From positions 1 through 63,688 of IMG/VR virus record IMGVR_UViG_3300036846_000403: 63,688 bases of DNA; one strand, given 5' to 3'. A program made the position numbers and the translations under genes. Shown here one piece after another: positions 9,160-19,457 of this stretch. Numbering within the stretch: position 1 is the stretch's first letter; the number at the start of each line of letters is the position of its first letter. Source of the stretch: a virus (lineage: Duplodnaviria > Caudoviricetes). The notes beneath the pieces are model-generated. The model was not told where the DNA came from and searched no databases. It was given only the letters and a program-made list of their open reading frames with translations.

Positions 9160-9177
9160 CCAACCAGAAAGGCGAAC

Positions 9178-10140
9178 ATGGAGCTCAACAAAGTCCTCGA
9201 CAAGATCCGGGGCCTTATCACAAAGGCTGAGTCCCTGGAGGAACTGGCGGACGAGCACAGCCTGCTTGAGGCGCTGGCCTGCCGCACCAAGGCCGACGAG
9301 ATGATGCAGAAGTATGCCGTTGAGGAATGGCAGACAATGCGTGCGGCCCCGATCCAGACCAAGCCTGAGCGCATCAAGATCGACATCGGAGAAGAGGACA
9401 ACATGTTCCTCACCGAGATGGCGACACTCGTGAACGTCGTGGCGCAGTTCTGTAAGTGCTCGTCCGTCTGGATGAACGGCAGCGCCTACAAGGCCGGCAA
9501 CAAGCAGGAGTACTGCTGGGTGTACGGCTACGAGTCCGACTTGCGCTACTTCGAGATGCTGTTCACGACGCTGTTCCTCCACATGGGCGGCGCCATCTTC
9601 CCCAAGCCCGACCCCGCCAAGACGCTCGGCGTGAACGCCTATGAGCTTCACAACGCCGGGCTCAACTGGTTCGACATCGCCAAGGCGTACGGCTGGTACA
9701 AGGTGCCGTCCCGCCCCGGCGAGGCAGAGAACATGTACGTCAACCAGAACACCGGCGAGCGCCTGTCCTGGTCCAAGAGCATCGGCAAGATCAAGAACGC
9801 CTACACCAAGGAGATTCAGCACCGGGGCGAACAGCCACTCCGCATTCCGCCAAGCGGCAGCGAGACATTCCGCCGCAACGCAGCGCAGGGCTACCTCGCC
9901 CGCATAGGCCAGCGACTCCGCGAGGTCGCTGGCGCTCGTGGCTCTGGCGCGGAACTGGTGCTGGCCGACAAGAGTGACAACATCAACGAACTCATCCACG
10001 AGTACCACCCATCAATGGCCGTGGCGCGGACCAAGAGCGTGCGCTACAACGAGACTGCCTACCGTAAGGGTGTCAGTCACGCCAACACGGCCAGCCTTAA
10101 CCCGTCGACGACACGAGGCAGCCGCCCGGCCGTCTCCTAG
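9178..10140 (+). CDS. DUF2786-like protein
   Basis: N-terminal LDKIRGLITKAES...KADEMMQKY; VYGYESD. Confidence 0.75.
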   Translation: MELNKVLDKIRGLITKAESLEELADEHSLLEALACRTKADEMMQKYAVEEWQTMRAAPIQTKPERIKIDIGEEDNMFLTEMATLVNVVAQFCKCSSVWMNGSAYKAGNKQEYCWVYGYESDLRYFEMLFTTLFLHMGGAIFPKPDPAKTLGVNAYELHNAGLNWFDIAKAYGWYKVPSRPGEAENMYVNQNTGERLSWSKSIGKIKNAYTKEIQHRGEQPLRIPPSGSETFRRNAAQGYLARIGQRLREVAGARGSGAELVLADKSDNINELIHEYHPSMAVARTKSVRYNETAYRKGVSHANTASLNPSTTRGSRPAVS

Positions 10141-10158
10141 CGCAAGCCCGGAGCGGGG

Positions 10159-10240
10159 CTGTCAGCGAATGGCGGTCCCGCTCCTAGCTAGGGTACCGGC
10201 CCGGAACCGCATACGGTGACAGAGCCCTTTCCGGCCCGCG
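10159..10240. repeat. Conserved intergenic element copy 3
   Basis: CTGTCA 10159, TAGGGTACCGGCCCG 10189, TGACAG ending 10222, CGGCCCGCG at 10232. Confidence 0.65.
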
Positions 10241-10286
10241 TAGGGACGTCCCTACCGGGCCGGATAGGACGGGAAGGACGAGCGAA

Positions 10287-10634
10287 GTGAATGTGCACAA
10301 GTTCGAACGGCAGTTCAAGGGATCGAAGGGAACGGAGACAGTCAGGGTTATCAACCCGGACACCAATGGTGAATACTGGGAGGTGTACGCAATCGAGCGC
10401 CTCATCCTCCTGGAAGAGCCGGACGGTGTGGCTATCATCACAGGGCCGGGACTCGCTACAATAACCGCGGCAGACCTTATAGAAAGTTTGGCAAATTACG
10501 GCTCAGGAGCGAACGTCCAGGCATTTATTCCCGGCTGGGAAGGGCAGCACTTCGCATTCTTCAACATCGCCAGAGTCGATCACGACGAGGCAGGATTCCG
10601 CCTGATTCTTGGCGACTGGATTTGTGGAGCGTAG
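10287..10634 (+). CDS. hypothetical protein
   Basis: AAGGA RBS, GTG start. Confidence 0.65.
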   Translation: MNVHKFERQFKGSKGTETVRVINPDTNGEYWEVYAIERLILLEEPDGVAIITGPGLATITAADLIESLANYGSGANVQAFIPGWEGQHFAFFNIARVDHDEAGFRLILGDWICGA

Positions 10635-10656
10635 TGAATGACGAGAAAACACCCTC

Positions 10657-10685
10657 TTCCCTCAATCCCGGCCGCCGGGTATACT
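10657..10685 (+). promoter_or_regulatory. Promoter TTCCCT-N17-TATACT
   Basis: Member of TTCCC class. Confidence 0.6.
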
Positions 10686-10715
10686 AGGGAGAGGCGCGAG
10701 CGAAGGGAAAGAACA

Positions 10716-11012
10716 TTGGAAGAGAAGTATACATTGGTTCAGCATAGCGCGTACGGCTACAAGCGCAACCCGCAGTTCCGTAAGGCCGTCGAGGTGCGCA
10801 GGCTGAACAACGCCACAGAAGTCAAGCGGGTCGAGCGCGCAAATGGAGTCGTCATTGACGGCTACCGGGAAGCCGAAGATCTCGCAGAGCGCATCAACTA
10901 CCCGTCCGACATGAACCCGCGCAGCATCATCCCGGAAGCAAGGGGGTCATTCAGCACTCTGGAAATCGACAGCCTGCGCATATACATCCCCAAGCGTGCG
11001 ATAGCGGAGTAG
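10716..11012 (+). CDS. hypothetical protein
   Basis: TTG start after AAGGGA, downstream of promoter. Confidence 0.65.
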   Translation: MEEKYTLVQHSAYGYKRNPQFRKAVEVRRLNNATEVKRVERANGVVIDGYREAEDLAERINYPSDMNPRSIIPEARGSFSTLEIDSLRIYIPKRAIAE

Positions 11013-11014
11013 CG

Positions 11015-11275
11015 ATGGACGATGAAATGCCGACACTGTCAGCCAGAGAAGGCAAACGCAAGAACGGCACATGGCACTTCATGTGCCCGCTCCACAACCC
11101 ACCGTGGCACTGGAGTGAATCGAACTCGATGGTGCGATCACTCGCAACAATGAAGGCGCACATGGATGATCAGCACCCAGGCGTCAAGATGAGACTCAGG
11201 GTGGAAGGAGATTACACGTTCTTCGTGACGTACACAGCAACCAGTATCATCGTACCAAGAGGGGATTTCCTGTGA
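11015..11275 (+). CDS. hypothetical protein, possible Zn finger
   Basis: GGAG RBS; CPLH...HMDDQH. Confidence 0.6.
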   Translation: MDDEMPTLSAREGKRKNGTWHFMCPLHNPPWHWSESNSMVRSLATMKAHMDDQHPGVKMRLRVEGDYTFFVTYTATSIIVPRGDFL

Positions 11276-11514
11276 GCATATTCGTCGTCGCGGACAAGCA
11301 GGTTCACGGCACAAGCATCACCTACAAGATCGCTGATGACCACAGCAAGATCGTGCTCTACAAGGCCGTCGTCAACTTCAACAAGAAGACCGCTGTGTGG
11401 AAGTACATCGGCGCCAACGACGGCCTTATCGTGAATGACCGTGGCATCCGCAACGCAATAGACCGCGCCATCGACCGTCACAACGGGGAGCGGGCAAGTG
11501 TTCCTGCTCGATAG
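11272..11514 (+). CDS. hypothetical protein
   Basis: GTGA overlap. Confidence 0.6.
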   Translation: MSIFVVADKQVHGTSITYKIADDHSKIVLYKAVVNFNKKTAVWKYIGANDGLIVNDRGIRNAIDRAIDRHNGERASVPAR

Positions 11515-11668
11515 GTTCTGGGAAACCGTCAGGTGTATCCTCCTGCTAAGCATAGCTATCTTGTCCGTGGATAGCTTGATGGAGAAGATCGCCGTCATGC
11601 TGGTTGTTAGCAGGCAAGTCGTACAGGCACTACACCGATTCATCCCCGACGCCCCCGGAAGATTGTAC

Positions 11669-11728
11669 TAGACGGCGGCGACCGGACGCGCTATAATCGT
11701 AGGGAAGCGGGCCGGTAGGGACCGACCC
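11669..11728 (+). promoter_or_regulatory. Promoter TAGACG-N17-TATAAT plus AGGG-loop hairpin
   Basis: Consensus -10; GGGCCGGT-AGGG-ACCGACCC at 11709-11728. Confidence 0.75.
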
Positions 11729-11746
11729 GAAGAACAAGGAGATAAG

Positions 11747-12325
11747 ATGACAGTCAAGTGCGGTAAGGGACACGTACACGAGTCTGTCGCGGAAGTACGC
11801 GAGTGCTATGGTGTGCCGGAAGGCGGCTTCCCCCAGCAGGATTACCGGCCGAACAAGTACGCCGGTAACTGCCGCCTGTGCGGCAGCAAGGTCGAGGCCG
11901 ACCAGGGACGGGTCGACAAGCTCGACGGCAAATGGCAGACGGCTCACCTGGAGGGGAAGTGCGTCCCGAGAACCGGCAAGCAGAAGATCAACAACACCGA
12001 TCGCTATGCCGAGATCCCGAAGGGGCACTACGCAACCAAGAGCCTCACAGGCACCAACGACTTCGACTTCTGGCGAGTTGACCGCCCGGAAGACGGGCAG
12101 TACGCTGGCCGTGCCTTCATTAAGCGCATCGTCGGCGGAAAGCCGGAAATGTCGGTGTCGCGGGTCACAAAGTTCGCGGTGCTGGAGGCCATCATCACCG
12201 AGGGTGTCGAGGTGACCGCGCGCCGGTACGGCCAGGAACTGGGAAGGTGCTCACGGTGCAACCGTTCGCTCACCGACCAGGTCAGCCGCGAGTTCGGAAT
12301 GGGGCCTGAGTGCCGAACCAAGTGA
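11747..12325 (+). CDS. DUF6011-like Zn-binding protein
   Basis: C-terminal GRCSRCNRSLTDQVSREFGMGPEC; NKYAGNCRLCG. Confidence 0.8.
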   Translation: MTVKCGKGHVHESVAEVRECYGVPEGGFPQQDYRPNKYAGNCRLCGSKVEADQGRVDKLDGKWQTAHLEGKCVPRTGKQKINNTDRYAEIPKGHYATKSLTGTNDFDFWRVDRPEDGQYAGRAFIKRIVGGKPEMSVSRVTKFAVLEAIITEGVEVTARRYGQELGRCSRCNRSLTDQVSREFGMGPECRTK

Positions 12326-12531
12326 AGACCTACAAGGCAGTCATCGGGCCGATCGATGACATGCCATCTGACGACTATGACAGCATTCTGCTCCGCATGG
12401 AGCTGACATTCACCGTCGGCCCGCAGTCACTCAAAACGCCGTACCTCATCATCGAGGGATTCCTCAATGATAACTTTCTAGGTGACTACATGGAACTTAC
12501 CTCACTTGAGGAGGTGAAGGATGGGAAGTGA
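12322..12531 (+). CDS. hypothetical protein
   Basis: GTGA overlap. Confidence 0.55.
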   Translation: MKTYKAVIGPIDDMPSDDYDSILLRMELTFTVGPQSLKTPYLIIEGFLNDNFLGDYMELTSLEEVKDGK

Positions 12532-13360
12532 CGTCGTCTATATACCAACGTTGAGTAGGCTGGACCTGCTTGAGAGAGTCGTGCCGTTCTGGCTACAGCA
12601 AGAGATGCAAGTCCGCTTGATAGTTGAGCGCCACGAGTATGCCGCGCACCAGACACTCAAGAAAAGGATGAAGTGGGGCGGCAATGTCTACATTCTGCCG
12701 CTAAAGCTGGCTGGGCGCGGAATCGGGTACGCCCGGAGGGAGTGTGTCCTACACGCTCACGCCACGCACCTGAAGTCAGTCATCATGTCCGATGATGATA
12801 TGTACCCGCACCCCGATACCGATGTATGGGAGCTGATTGATGAAGCCGAGCGGCCAGGCGTGCTCGGCATCGGGGCAACCAGGTCACTTCACGATCGCTT
12901 CACTAACGGCGCGATCTCCCGCAACCACGGCGTGATCCTCTGCCCTGGCGGATGGGGGCTTCAGTTGTTCGGGCTCAACATCCAGGAGGCGATCAGCTGC
13001 GGCAACTTCGACCACCGCCTACACACGATAGGCGAGGATGCCGAGCTGGCCCGCCAGGGAATTGCGCGGGGTATTCCCTGGCTAGTTCACTGCGACGTCA
13101 AAGCTGTGGCAGCCGGGAAGCGCTACGCGCCGGGCGGGTTCAGCGCCAAGTACAAGCTGCTCGAAGCGCGCCGGGAAGCCGAGAAAGTGTGTATGGAGAT
13201 CATACACAGACGCTGGCCCGACTACACGAATCCACCAGAGAAGCCACTCCGGATGATGTGGCAGAAAATGCTGTCAAACTACATCCCCGAGTGGCGCGAC
13301 TACTCGGCCCTTCACGGAGGCGACATCAAGAACCTACGGAACAAGCACTTTACACCGTAA
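12521..13360 (+). CDS. GT-A fold glycosyltransferase, resembling TET-associated/GREB1-like DNA glycosyltransferases
   Basis: VYIPTLSR, GIGYAR, MSDDD (DxD), GEDAEL motifs. Confidence 0.7.
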   Translation: MGSDVVYIPTLSRLDLLERVVPFWLQQEMQVRLIVERHEYAAHQTLKKRMKWGGNVYILPLKLAGRGIGYARRECVLHAHATHLKSVIMSDDDMYPHPDTDVWELIDEAERPGVLGIGATRSLHDRFTNGAISRNHGVILCPGGWGLQLFGLNIQEAISCGNFDHRLHTIGEDAELARQGIARGIPWLVHCDVKAVAAGKRYAPGGFSAKYKLLEARREAEKVCMEIIHRRWPDYTNPPEKPLRMMWQKMLSNYIPEWRDYSALHGGDIKNLRNKHFTP

Positions 13361-13471
13361 CAGATTCCTCGTCCACAGGGGAGGCCGTGAGCGAGACCTA
13401 GCGGACAGTAGGGACGGCACCCGAGGCTAAGGTGTCCACCACCGTATGTCGCGGCTAGGAGAGAGGGAACC

Positions 13472-13579
13472 ATGGATAGCGAGGCAGCTGAGAAGGCAAT
13501 CAAGGGCATGGGGATCGTATTCGTCGCAGGCGGCATCCTCATGATCATCGTGTTCGTGATAGGGATGGTGGTCCAGTAA
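13472..13579 (+). CDS. small single-TM membrane protein
   Basis: GAGGGA RBS; GIVFVAGGILMIIVFVIGMVV. Confidence 0.55.
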   Translation: MDSEAAEKAIKGMGIVFVAGGILMIIVFVIGMVVQ

Positions 13580-13714
13580 TGGCTAGTGTAGTTATTATCA
13601 TCACCGTCTCAGATACCGGGCACATAAAGGTCGATGTCCGCGGTCAGAGAATCAGTCAGTCAGGCATCAAGTCGGCGCTCAGTGCCGCGTCACGACTAGT
13701 AGAGCAGGGAGCAT

Positions 13715-14206
13715 ATGACCAGGAATAGGGGTGAACGCCCTAACTGGGACACCTACTTCCTCGGCGTGGCGCTGGCAGTATCCGCGCGAGGCGACTGTAC
13801 CCGTAGGCTAGTCGGGGCAATCATGGTACAACCCTTCACGCACGACATCCTCTACACCGGCTATAACGGAGCACCACGGGGCGAGCCCGGCTGCCTGACC
13901 GCTGGTGCATGTCCACGTGGGCAGCACTACCTAGCGAAAACTGGCGGCCCAGTTACGTACTGCGCTTGCGGCAATACCTGGCCATGTCACCTCTCGGCCG
14001 AGTCGGGCACGGACTATGACGTCGGTAACGGGCTATGTATAGCAATCCACGCCGAAGAGAACGTCCTGCTATGTGCCGGGCGAAACGCAATAGGCAAGAT
14101 CATGTACGTCACGCACAAGCCATGCCTAATGTGTATACGCCTGATCCGTGGCGCAGGCGTTGACCGAGTAATCTGGCCAGGCGGTCAGGAGCTATTCGAC
14201 CTCTAG
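13715..14206 (+). CDS. dCMP (deoxycytidylate) deaminase
   Basis: RPNWDTYFL, TGYNGAP, HAEEN, PCLMC. Confidence 0.92.
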   Translation: MTRNRGERPNWDTYFLGVALAVSARGDCTRRLVGAIMVQPFTHDILYTGYNGAPRGEPGCLTAGACPRGQHYLAKTGGPVTYCACGNTWPCHLSAESGTDYDVGNGLCIAIHAEENVLLCAGRNAIGKIMYVTHKPCLMCIRLIRGAGVDRVIWPGGQELFDL

Positions 14207-14213
14207 ATTGTAC

Positions 14214-14242
14214 TAGACTTTCACTCTCTGCTACGGTACGCT
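14214..14242 (+). promoter_or_regulatory. Promoter TAGACT-N17-TACGCT
   Basis: AGATTGTACTAGAC shared with the 11669 promoter. Confidence 0.65.
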
Positions 14243-14281
14243 ATACGTAGGGCGTTAAGGAAGCGCCGACGAGTAGGAGCT

Positions 14282-16210
14282 ATGAAAGCTGAAGTAACCA
14301 CCAACGGCAAGAGGATTCTTGCCCGCATCGACTACGCGGGCGGGGCAGGTCCCAAGGCCGCTAAGCACGTCCCAGGTGCGAAAGCTGAATGGGACAAGAC
14401 AGTCACCCCCAACGTGTTCCTGGGCTGGAGCTATCCACTCACGATGGATACCTGCCATGCCCTGCGGAATGAGTTCGGCCCGGAACTCCTGGTGATGGAG
14501 CCTCTGGCCGAATGGGCGCGGGAGCAGATCACCAAGGAGCGCAGCCTGGAAGAGTTCCGTGAGGAGCAGCTCACCAAGGTTGACTTCCCACGGGTCCGCG
14601 CCGAGGCACCGCAGCTCCTGAAGGCGATGATGAACCGCAAGTACCAGCTCGCGGGTACGGCCTTCATGCTCGCGGGTAAGGCGGTGATCCTGGGTGATGA
14701 CCCTGGACTCGGGAAGACGCTCCAGGCACTGGCCGCAATGATCGAGAACGATGCCACTGAAATCCTGGTGGCCTGCCGGAGAACCGCGACCCGCACTGTG
14801 TGGGAGCGCGAGACCCTGCGCTGGACCGACATCAAGCCGTTCGTAGCCCAGGGCACTCGCACCGAGCGCGAGAAGGCAATGATGGATTACGACTCCTACC
14901 GCGACGGCCGGAAGATGCTGATCATCAACATCGAGATGGTCCGCTCTAAGCGCACGGAGGTCTGCCCAGCTACCCCGGATGGTGTGTGCGCGTTCGGTGA
15001 CCGGCCGCCACGGGACCACGTCAAGCACGAGTACCACTCGACGCCGGAATGGCCGTTCCTCAGCCAGGGTACGCTGTGGGATGCGATCATCTTCGATGAG
15101 TCCCACAACCTCCTGGCGTCGACCGCCAACGTCCAGTCGAAGCGTATCACACAGGCCCGCTTCGGCGCGGTACAGATCCGCAAGCGCCTACGGCCGGGCG
15201 GACTGGCTATCGCCCTGTCCGGCACCCCGTTCCGCAGCAAGCTAGAGAAAGGATGGGGGACACTCAATTGGCTACGACCGGACGTGTTCGGTGGCTACTG
15301 GCGCTGGGCCGAGACGTACTTTGGAGTCGAGCAAGGCAGATACGGCAAAGTCGTCGGAGACGGCGACAAGGTTCTAGAGCCACGCAACCCCTCAGCCTGG
15401 GACCGCATGCTGAGACCATACTATCTAAAGAGGACCAAGGCGGAAGCTGCCCCCGATCTACCGCCTATCACTTTTGCCGGGACACCCATCGACCCGGCGA
15501 ACCCTGAGTCTCCGTGCTACGTCCACCTGGAGATGTCTCCGGAACAGGCCAAGGCATACTGGCAGATGGAGAGCCTAGCCGAGGCAACCCTGGAGACCGG
15601 CAAGATCACCGCGACCGGCGTACTTGCTGAGATCACCCGGCTCCGGCAGTTCGCTACCGCGAACCACATCCACGGAACGGGACGGCAGCACCTAGTACCG
15701 ACGCTTCCCAGTAACAAGATCGAGTGGCTAATCGACTTCATCCAGGAACGCGAGGGAACCGGCCAGAAGGTCGTCATCGCCAGCAGCTTCACGAGCATGG
15801 TCGAGCTAGCGGCCGACACGATCAGGCACCAGTGTAATATGGAAGTCCTCACGCTGACCGGCGCGACGTCCGACCGGGACCGCGCCGACCTTGTGACGCG
15901 GTTCCAGGATACCAACGACAGCCTCCAGGTCGTCTGCCTTAACCGGGACGCGGGCGGTGAGTCGATCACTTTGGACGCGGCTGACGAGATGGTCGTGCTT
16001 GATATGCCGTGGATCTCCGACCGTGACGAGCAGCTTAACGCGCGAATCCACCGAGTCAGCCGAATCCACCAGGTCGAGATCTACCGGCTGATCAGCGTCG
16101 ACACGATCGATCAGTGGCTCGCAAATCTTAACGACGAACAGAGAGAGGTGGTGAAAAAGGCGAGCCCGCGAAAGCTCAGTGAGATCGCTATAGCCGGTAA
16201 GAATGTCTAG
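14282..16210 (+). CDS. SNF2-like superfamily 2 DNA helicase
   Basis: DDPGLGKT, DESH, SGTP, GESITL, ARIHR. Confidence 0.9.
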   Translation: MKAEVTTNGKRILARIDYAGGAGPKAAKHVPGAKAEWDKTVTPNVFLGWSYPLTMDTCHALRNEFGPELLVMEPLAEWAREQITKERSLEEFREEQLTKVDFPRVRAEAPQLLKAMMNRKYQLAGTAFMLAGKAVILGDDPGLGKTLQALAAMIENDATEILVACRRTATRTVWERETLRWTDIKPFVAQGTRTEREKAMMDYDSYRDGRKMLIINIEMVRSKRTEVCPATPDGVCAFGDRPPRDHVKHEYHSTPEWPFLSQGTLWDAIIFDESHNLLASTANVQSKRITQARFGAVQIRKRLRPGGLAIALSGTPFRSKLEKGWGTLNWLRPDVFGGYWRWAETYFGVEQGRYGKVVGDGDKVLEPRNPSAWDRMLRPYYLKRTKAEAAPDLPPITFAGTPIDPANPESPCYVHLEMSPEQAKAYWQMESLAEATLETGKITATGVLAEITRLRQFATANHIHGTGRQHLVPTLPSNKIEWLIDFIQEREGTGQKVVIASSFTSMVELAADTIRHQCNMEVLTLTGATSDRDRADLVTRFQDTNDSLQVVCLNRDAGGESITLDAADEMVVLDMPWISDRDEQLNARIHRVSRIHQVEIYRLISVDTIDQWLANLNDEQREVVKKASPRKLSEIAIAGKNV

Positions 16211-16520
16211 TGAGGAGAAGCGCCTTGAGCGACACCGGAGATATAACAGGAGCGCTAAGGGGCAGGCTCGAAACAAGAAATATGAAGCCAAACACCCCGA
16301 GCGGAGAGAGAGATGGGAGGCAGCCAGGAATGCCCTCCGACCGCGATCCGGCTGGTAAGACTGAGTTCGATCTCGATAACGAGTGGTATGAGGCATTTGC
16401 CGACAAGGTCCACTCCTTCGGGAAGAAATGGCCTGACCCGCTTACCGCCGAGGAATTCACCGCCTGTACTGAGCACGCCGATACCGTCGTGCGCCGGCCG
16501 AGGGAAGAGATGTGGGACTC

Positions 16521-16524
<4 letters not shown>
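16210..16524 (+). CDS. hypothetical protein
   Basis: Fills the gap; start uncertain. Confidence 0.45.
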
Positions 16525-17297
<773 letters not shown>

Positions 17298-17299
17298 CC

Positions 17300-17341
17300 G
17301 CTAGGTCAAGCAGCCCGGCCTATCCGGCTGCTTGGCCTAGC
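17300..17341 (+). terminator. Hairpin, putative terminator
   Basis: GCTAGGTCAAGCAGCC / GGCTGCTTGGCCTAGC after stop. Confidence 0.6.
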
Positions 17342-17416
17342 TCCCGTCCCGGCGGTCAGCCCCGCCCCCAAGTGACCAGCTGGCCGCCGGGACCCAACAA
17401 TCTCTCCGACCAGGAG

Positions 17417-18397
17417 ATGCCGGTGGACAGTCTCCCTACGCTACGGACGTCCGAGCGCGCCGCCTTCAAGCGGTGTATGTTTAAGTGGTGGCTAGAGTAC
17501 CGCCACGGGTACCGACCGCGGGCAAAAGACGCCGACGCACTCTGGTTCGGAATAGGTGTGCATGAAGCCCTAGCGGCCTGGTACCTGAAGGGCACGCGGC
17601 GCGGCCCGCATCCGGCCGAGACCTGGGAACGCTGGGCCGCTGATGAGATTGCTTTTGCTAAGACTTACCTTGATGATACGTTCGATGAGCCGGTATGGGT
17701 TGACGCAGTAGAACTCGGCATCGCAATGCTTGAGGCGTACATCGACCGCTACGGCCGCGATGAACAGTGGAGTATCATCTCCACAGAGCAGCCGTTCCGC
17801 GTCCGTATTACCCGCGAGGGAACACCAGTTGCCTACTTCGCTTCGCGATGGGATGGCGTGGCGCGGGATGAAGGCGACGGGAAGATATACCTGCTCGAAC
17901 ACAAGACTGCTGCGCAGATCGTTACGGCCTACCTCGAACTTGACGACCAGGGCGGTTCCTACTGGGCGGTTGCTAGCCAACTGCTACGCGCGAAAGGCAT
18001 ACTGAAGCCCGGAGAGAATATCTCCGGCATCATTTACAACTTCCTCCGGAAAGCCCTACCCGATGAACGCCCGCAGAATGAGGAAGGTCTTCGCCTAAAC
18101 AAGAACAGCTCAGTTTCTAAGCGACAGCCACCGCAGCCGTTCGTCCGGGTAATGGTTGAGCGCAGCCCGAAGGAACAGCGCACTCAGCTAGAACGGATAG
18201 CTGATGAGGTCGCGGTGATGAATGCCGTACGTGACGGCATCATCCCAATCACGAAGACGCCGACGAAAGACTGTACCTGGTGTCCGTTCTGGATTCCCTG
18301 TAACCTACACGAGCGTGGGAGCGATGCCTATCAGACCGTGCTGAAGAACAACTACGTACAGATAGACCCTTACAAGGACATGAGAAAGAGTGCGTGA
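17417..18397 (+). CDS. Cas4/RecB-like PD-(D/E)XK exonuclease
   Basis: RTSER..FKRC, GIGVH, WDG...EHKT, CTWCPFWIPC. Confidence 0.85.
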   Translation: MPVDSLPTLRTSERAAFKRCMFKWWLEYRHGYRPRAKDADALWFGIGVHEALAAWYLKGTRRGPHPAETWERWAADEIAFAKTYLDDTFDEPVWVDAVELGIAMLEAYIDRYGRDEQWSIISTEQPFRVRITREGTPVAYFASRWDGVARDEGDGKIYLLEHKTAAQIVTAYLELDDQGGSYWAVASQLLRAKGILKPGENISGIIYNFLRKALPDERPQNEEGLRLNKNSSVSKRQPPQPFVRVMVERSPKEQRTQLERIADEVAVMNAVRDGIIPITKTPTKDCTWCPFWIPCNLHERGSDAYQTVLKNNYVQIDPYKDMRKSA

Positions 18398-19332
18398 TGC
18401 CACCAACACGAGGGCTGCGAGGGGCAAGGCCGGGAGCCCAACGACAATCAGCAAAGCAATCAAGGGAAGCGCCGCTCTCTATGATGGAAGCGGATGTCGA
18501 GATCGTAACCGAGGATCTGTCCGAGTCCGGACAGACGGCCCCGGTCAACATCCTGATCCACGGGCCGTCCGGCCACGGCAAGACCCTACTCGCAGGCGGC
18601 GCGGCCGACGGTACCCGGCCGGTAACCTTCCTGTCTACCGAGACGGAAGGTGTAGCCAGTGCCCGCGCCGTCGGCAGTATGGCCAAGCTGTGGCGGTGCC
18701 CATCCTGGGAACACGCCGTCGCCGGGGTCAAGAAGGCAGAGCAGGAATTCACGATCAGGGACTGGATGGTCGTCGACTCCGGCACCAAGATGCAAGAGAT
18801 GTATATGCGCTGGATCCTGGCGCGCGAGAATGAGCTGAACCCTCAGCGTGACCTCGACATCCCAGCGATCCAGAACCACCAGAAGTACCAGAACGGATTT
18901 AAGCGCTGGTGCGACCGGCTTATCGACGGCCAGTTCAACGTGATCTTTATCACGACATCAATGACTGCCGACGACGCCGAGGGTGAGGAACGGATCATCC
19001 CGCACCTCCTGGGGAAGAAAGGCGAGATCTCGGATTATGTCTCGGCTCAGTTCTCCGTCGCGCTGTACTACTCCGTCGCCCGCGAGTCGCGCGAGATGCG
19101 CGGACCCGTTATGCGCCGAGCCCTAGCCCAGCCCTATCCTCCCTGGTACGCCAAAGACCGCTATATGGCTCTCGGCAAGTTCTGGGATGTCGAAGAGGGC
19201 AATTACTTCGCGATGTCTGCGATGATCGAAGCGATCGACAAGGCAAGGGGAGCAGATGCCGGCGAGGAAACCGAAGCCCCAGTCAGAGCCCGCGTCCCCC
19301 GTCAGGCTCGTAGATCCAGGAACTCAAACTAA
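18394..19332 (+). CDS. AAA_24/Sak4-like ATPase (recombination)
   Basis: Walker A GPSGHGKT, VVDS; lies between exonuclease and SSB-like gene. Confidence 0.8.
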   Translation: MMPPTRGLRGARPGAQRQSAKQSREAPLSMMEADVEIVTEDLSESGQTAPVNILIHGPSGHGKTLLAGGAADGTRPVTFLSTETEGVASARAVGSMAKLWRCPSWEHAVAGVKKAEQEFTIRDWMVVDSGTKMQEMYMRWILARENELNPQRDLDIPAIQNHQKYQNGFKRWCDRLIDGQFNVIFITTSMTADDAEGEERIIPHLLGKKGEISDYVSAQFSVALYYSVARESREMRGPVMRRALAQPYPPWYAKDRYMALGKFWDVEEGNYFAMSAMIEAIDKARGADAGEETEAPVRARVPRQARRSRNSN

Positions 19333-19456
19333 GGAGTGGCTACACAAACACGTCCTCAAACGACACCCCGGCGTCCGGTTCGTAACCTGGGGAGACCATG
19401 ACGCAAACCACCGCCTCCATCAGCCCTATCTAGATCACACGCACGAAGGGACATGA
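19256..19456 (+). CDS. small His-rich protein (similar to 29049..29282)
   Basis: KH...RH...H...HR...LDHxH pattern. Confidence 0.55.
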   Translation: MPARKPKPQSEPASPVRLVDPGTQTKEWLHKHVLKRHPGVRFVTWGDHDANHRLHQPYLDHTHEGT

Positions 19457-19457
19457 C

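Noticed and set aside
8986-10008. 340-aa antisense ORF, and similar shadows at 4849-5694, 14255-15106 and 46604-47443
   Set aside because: Antisense shadows of GC-rich real genes with no motifs of their own
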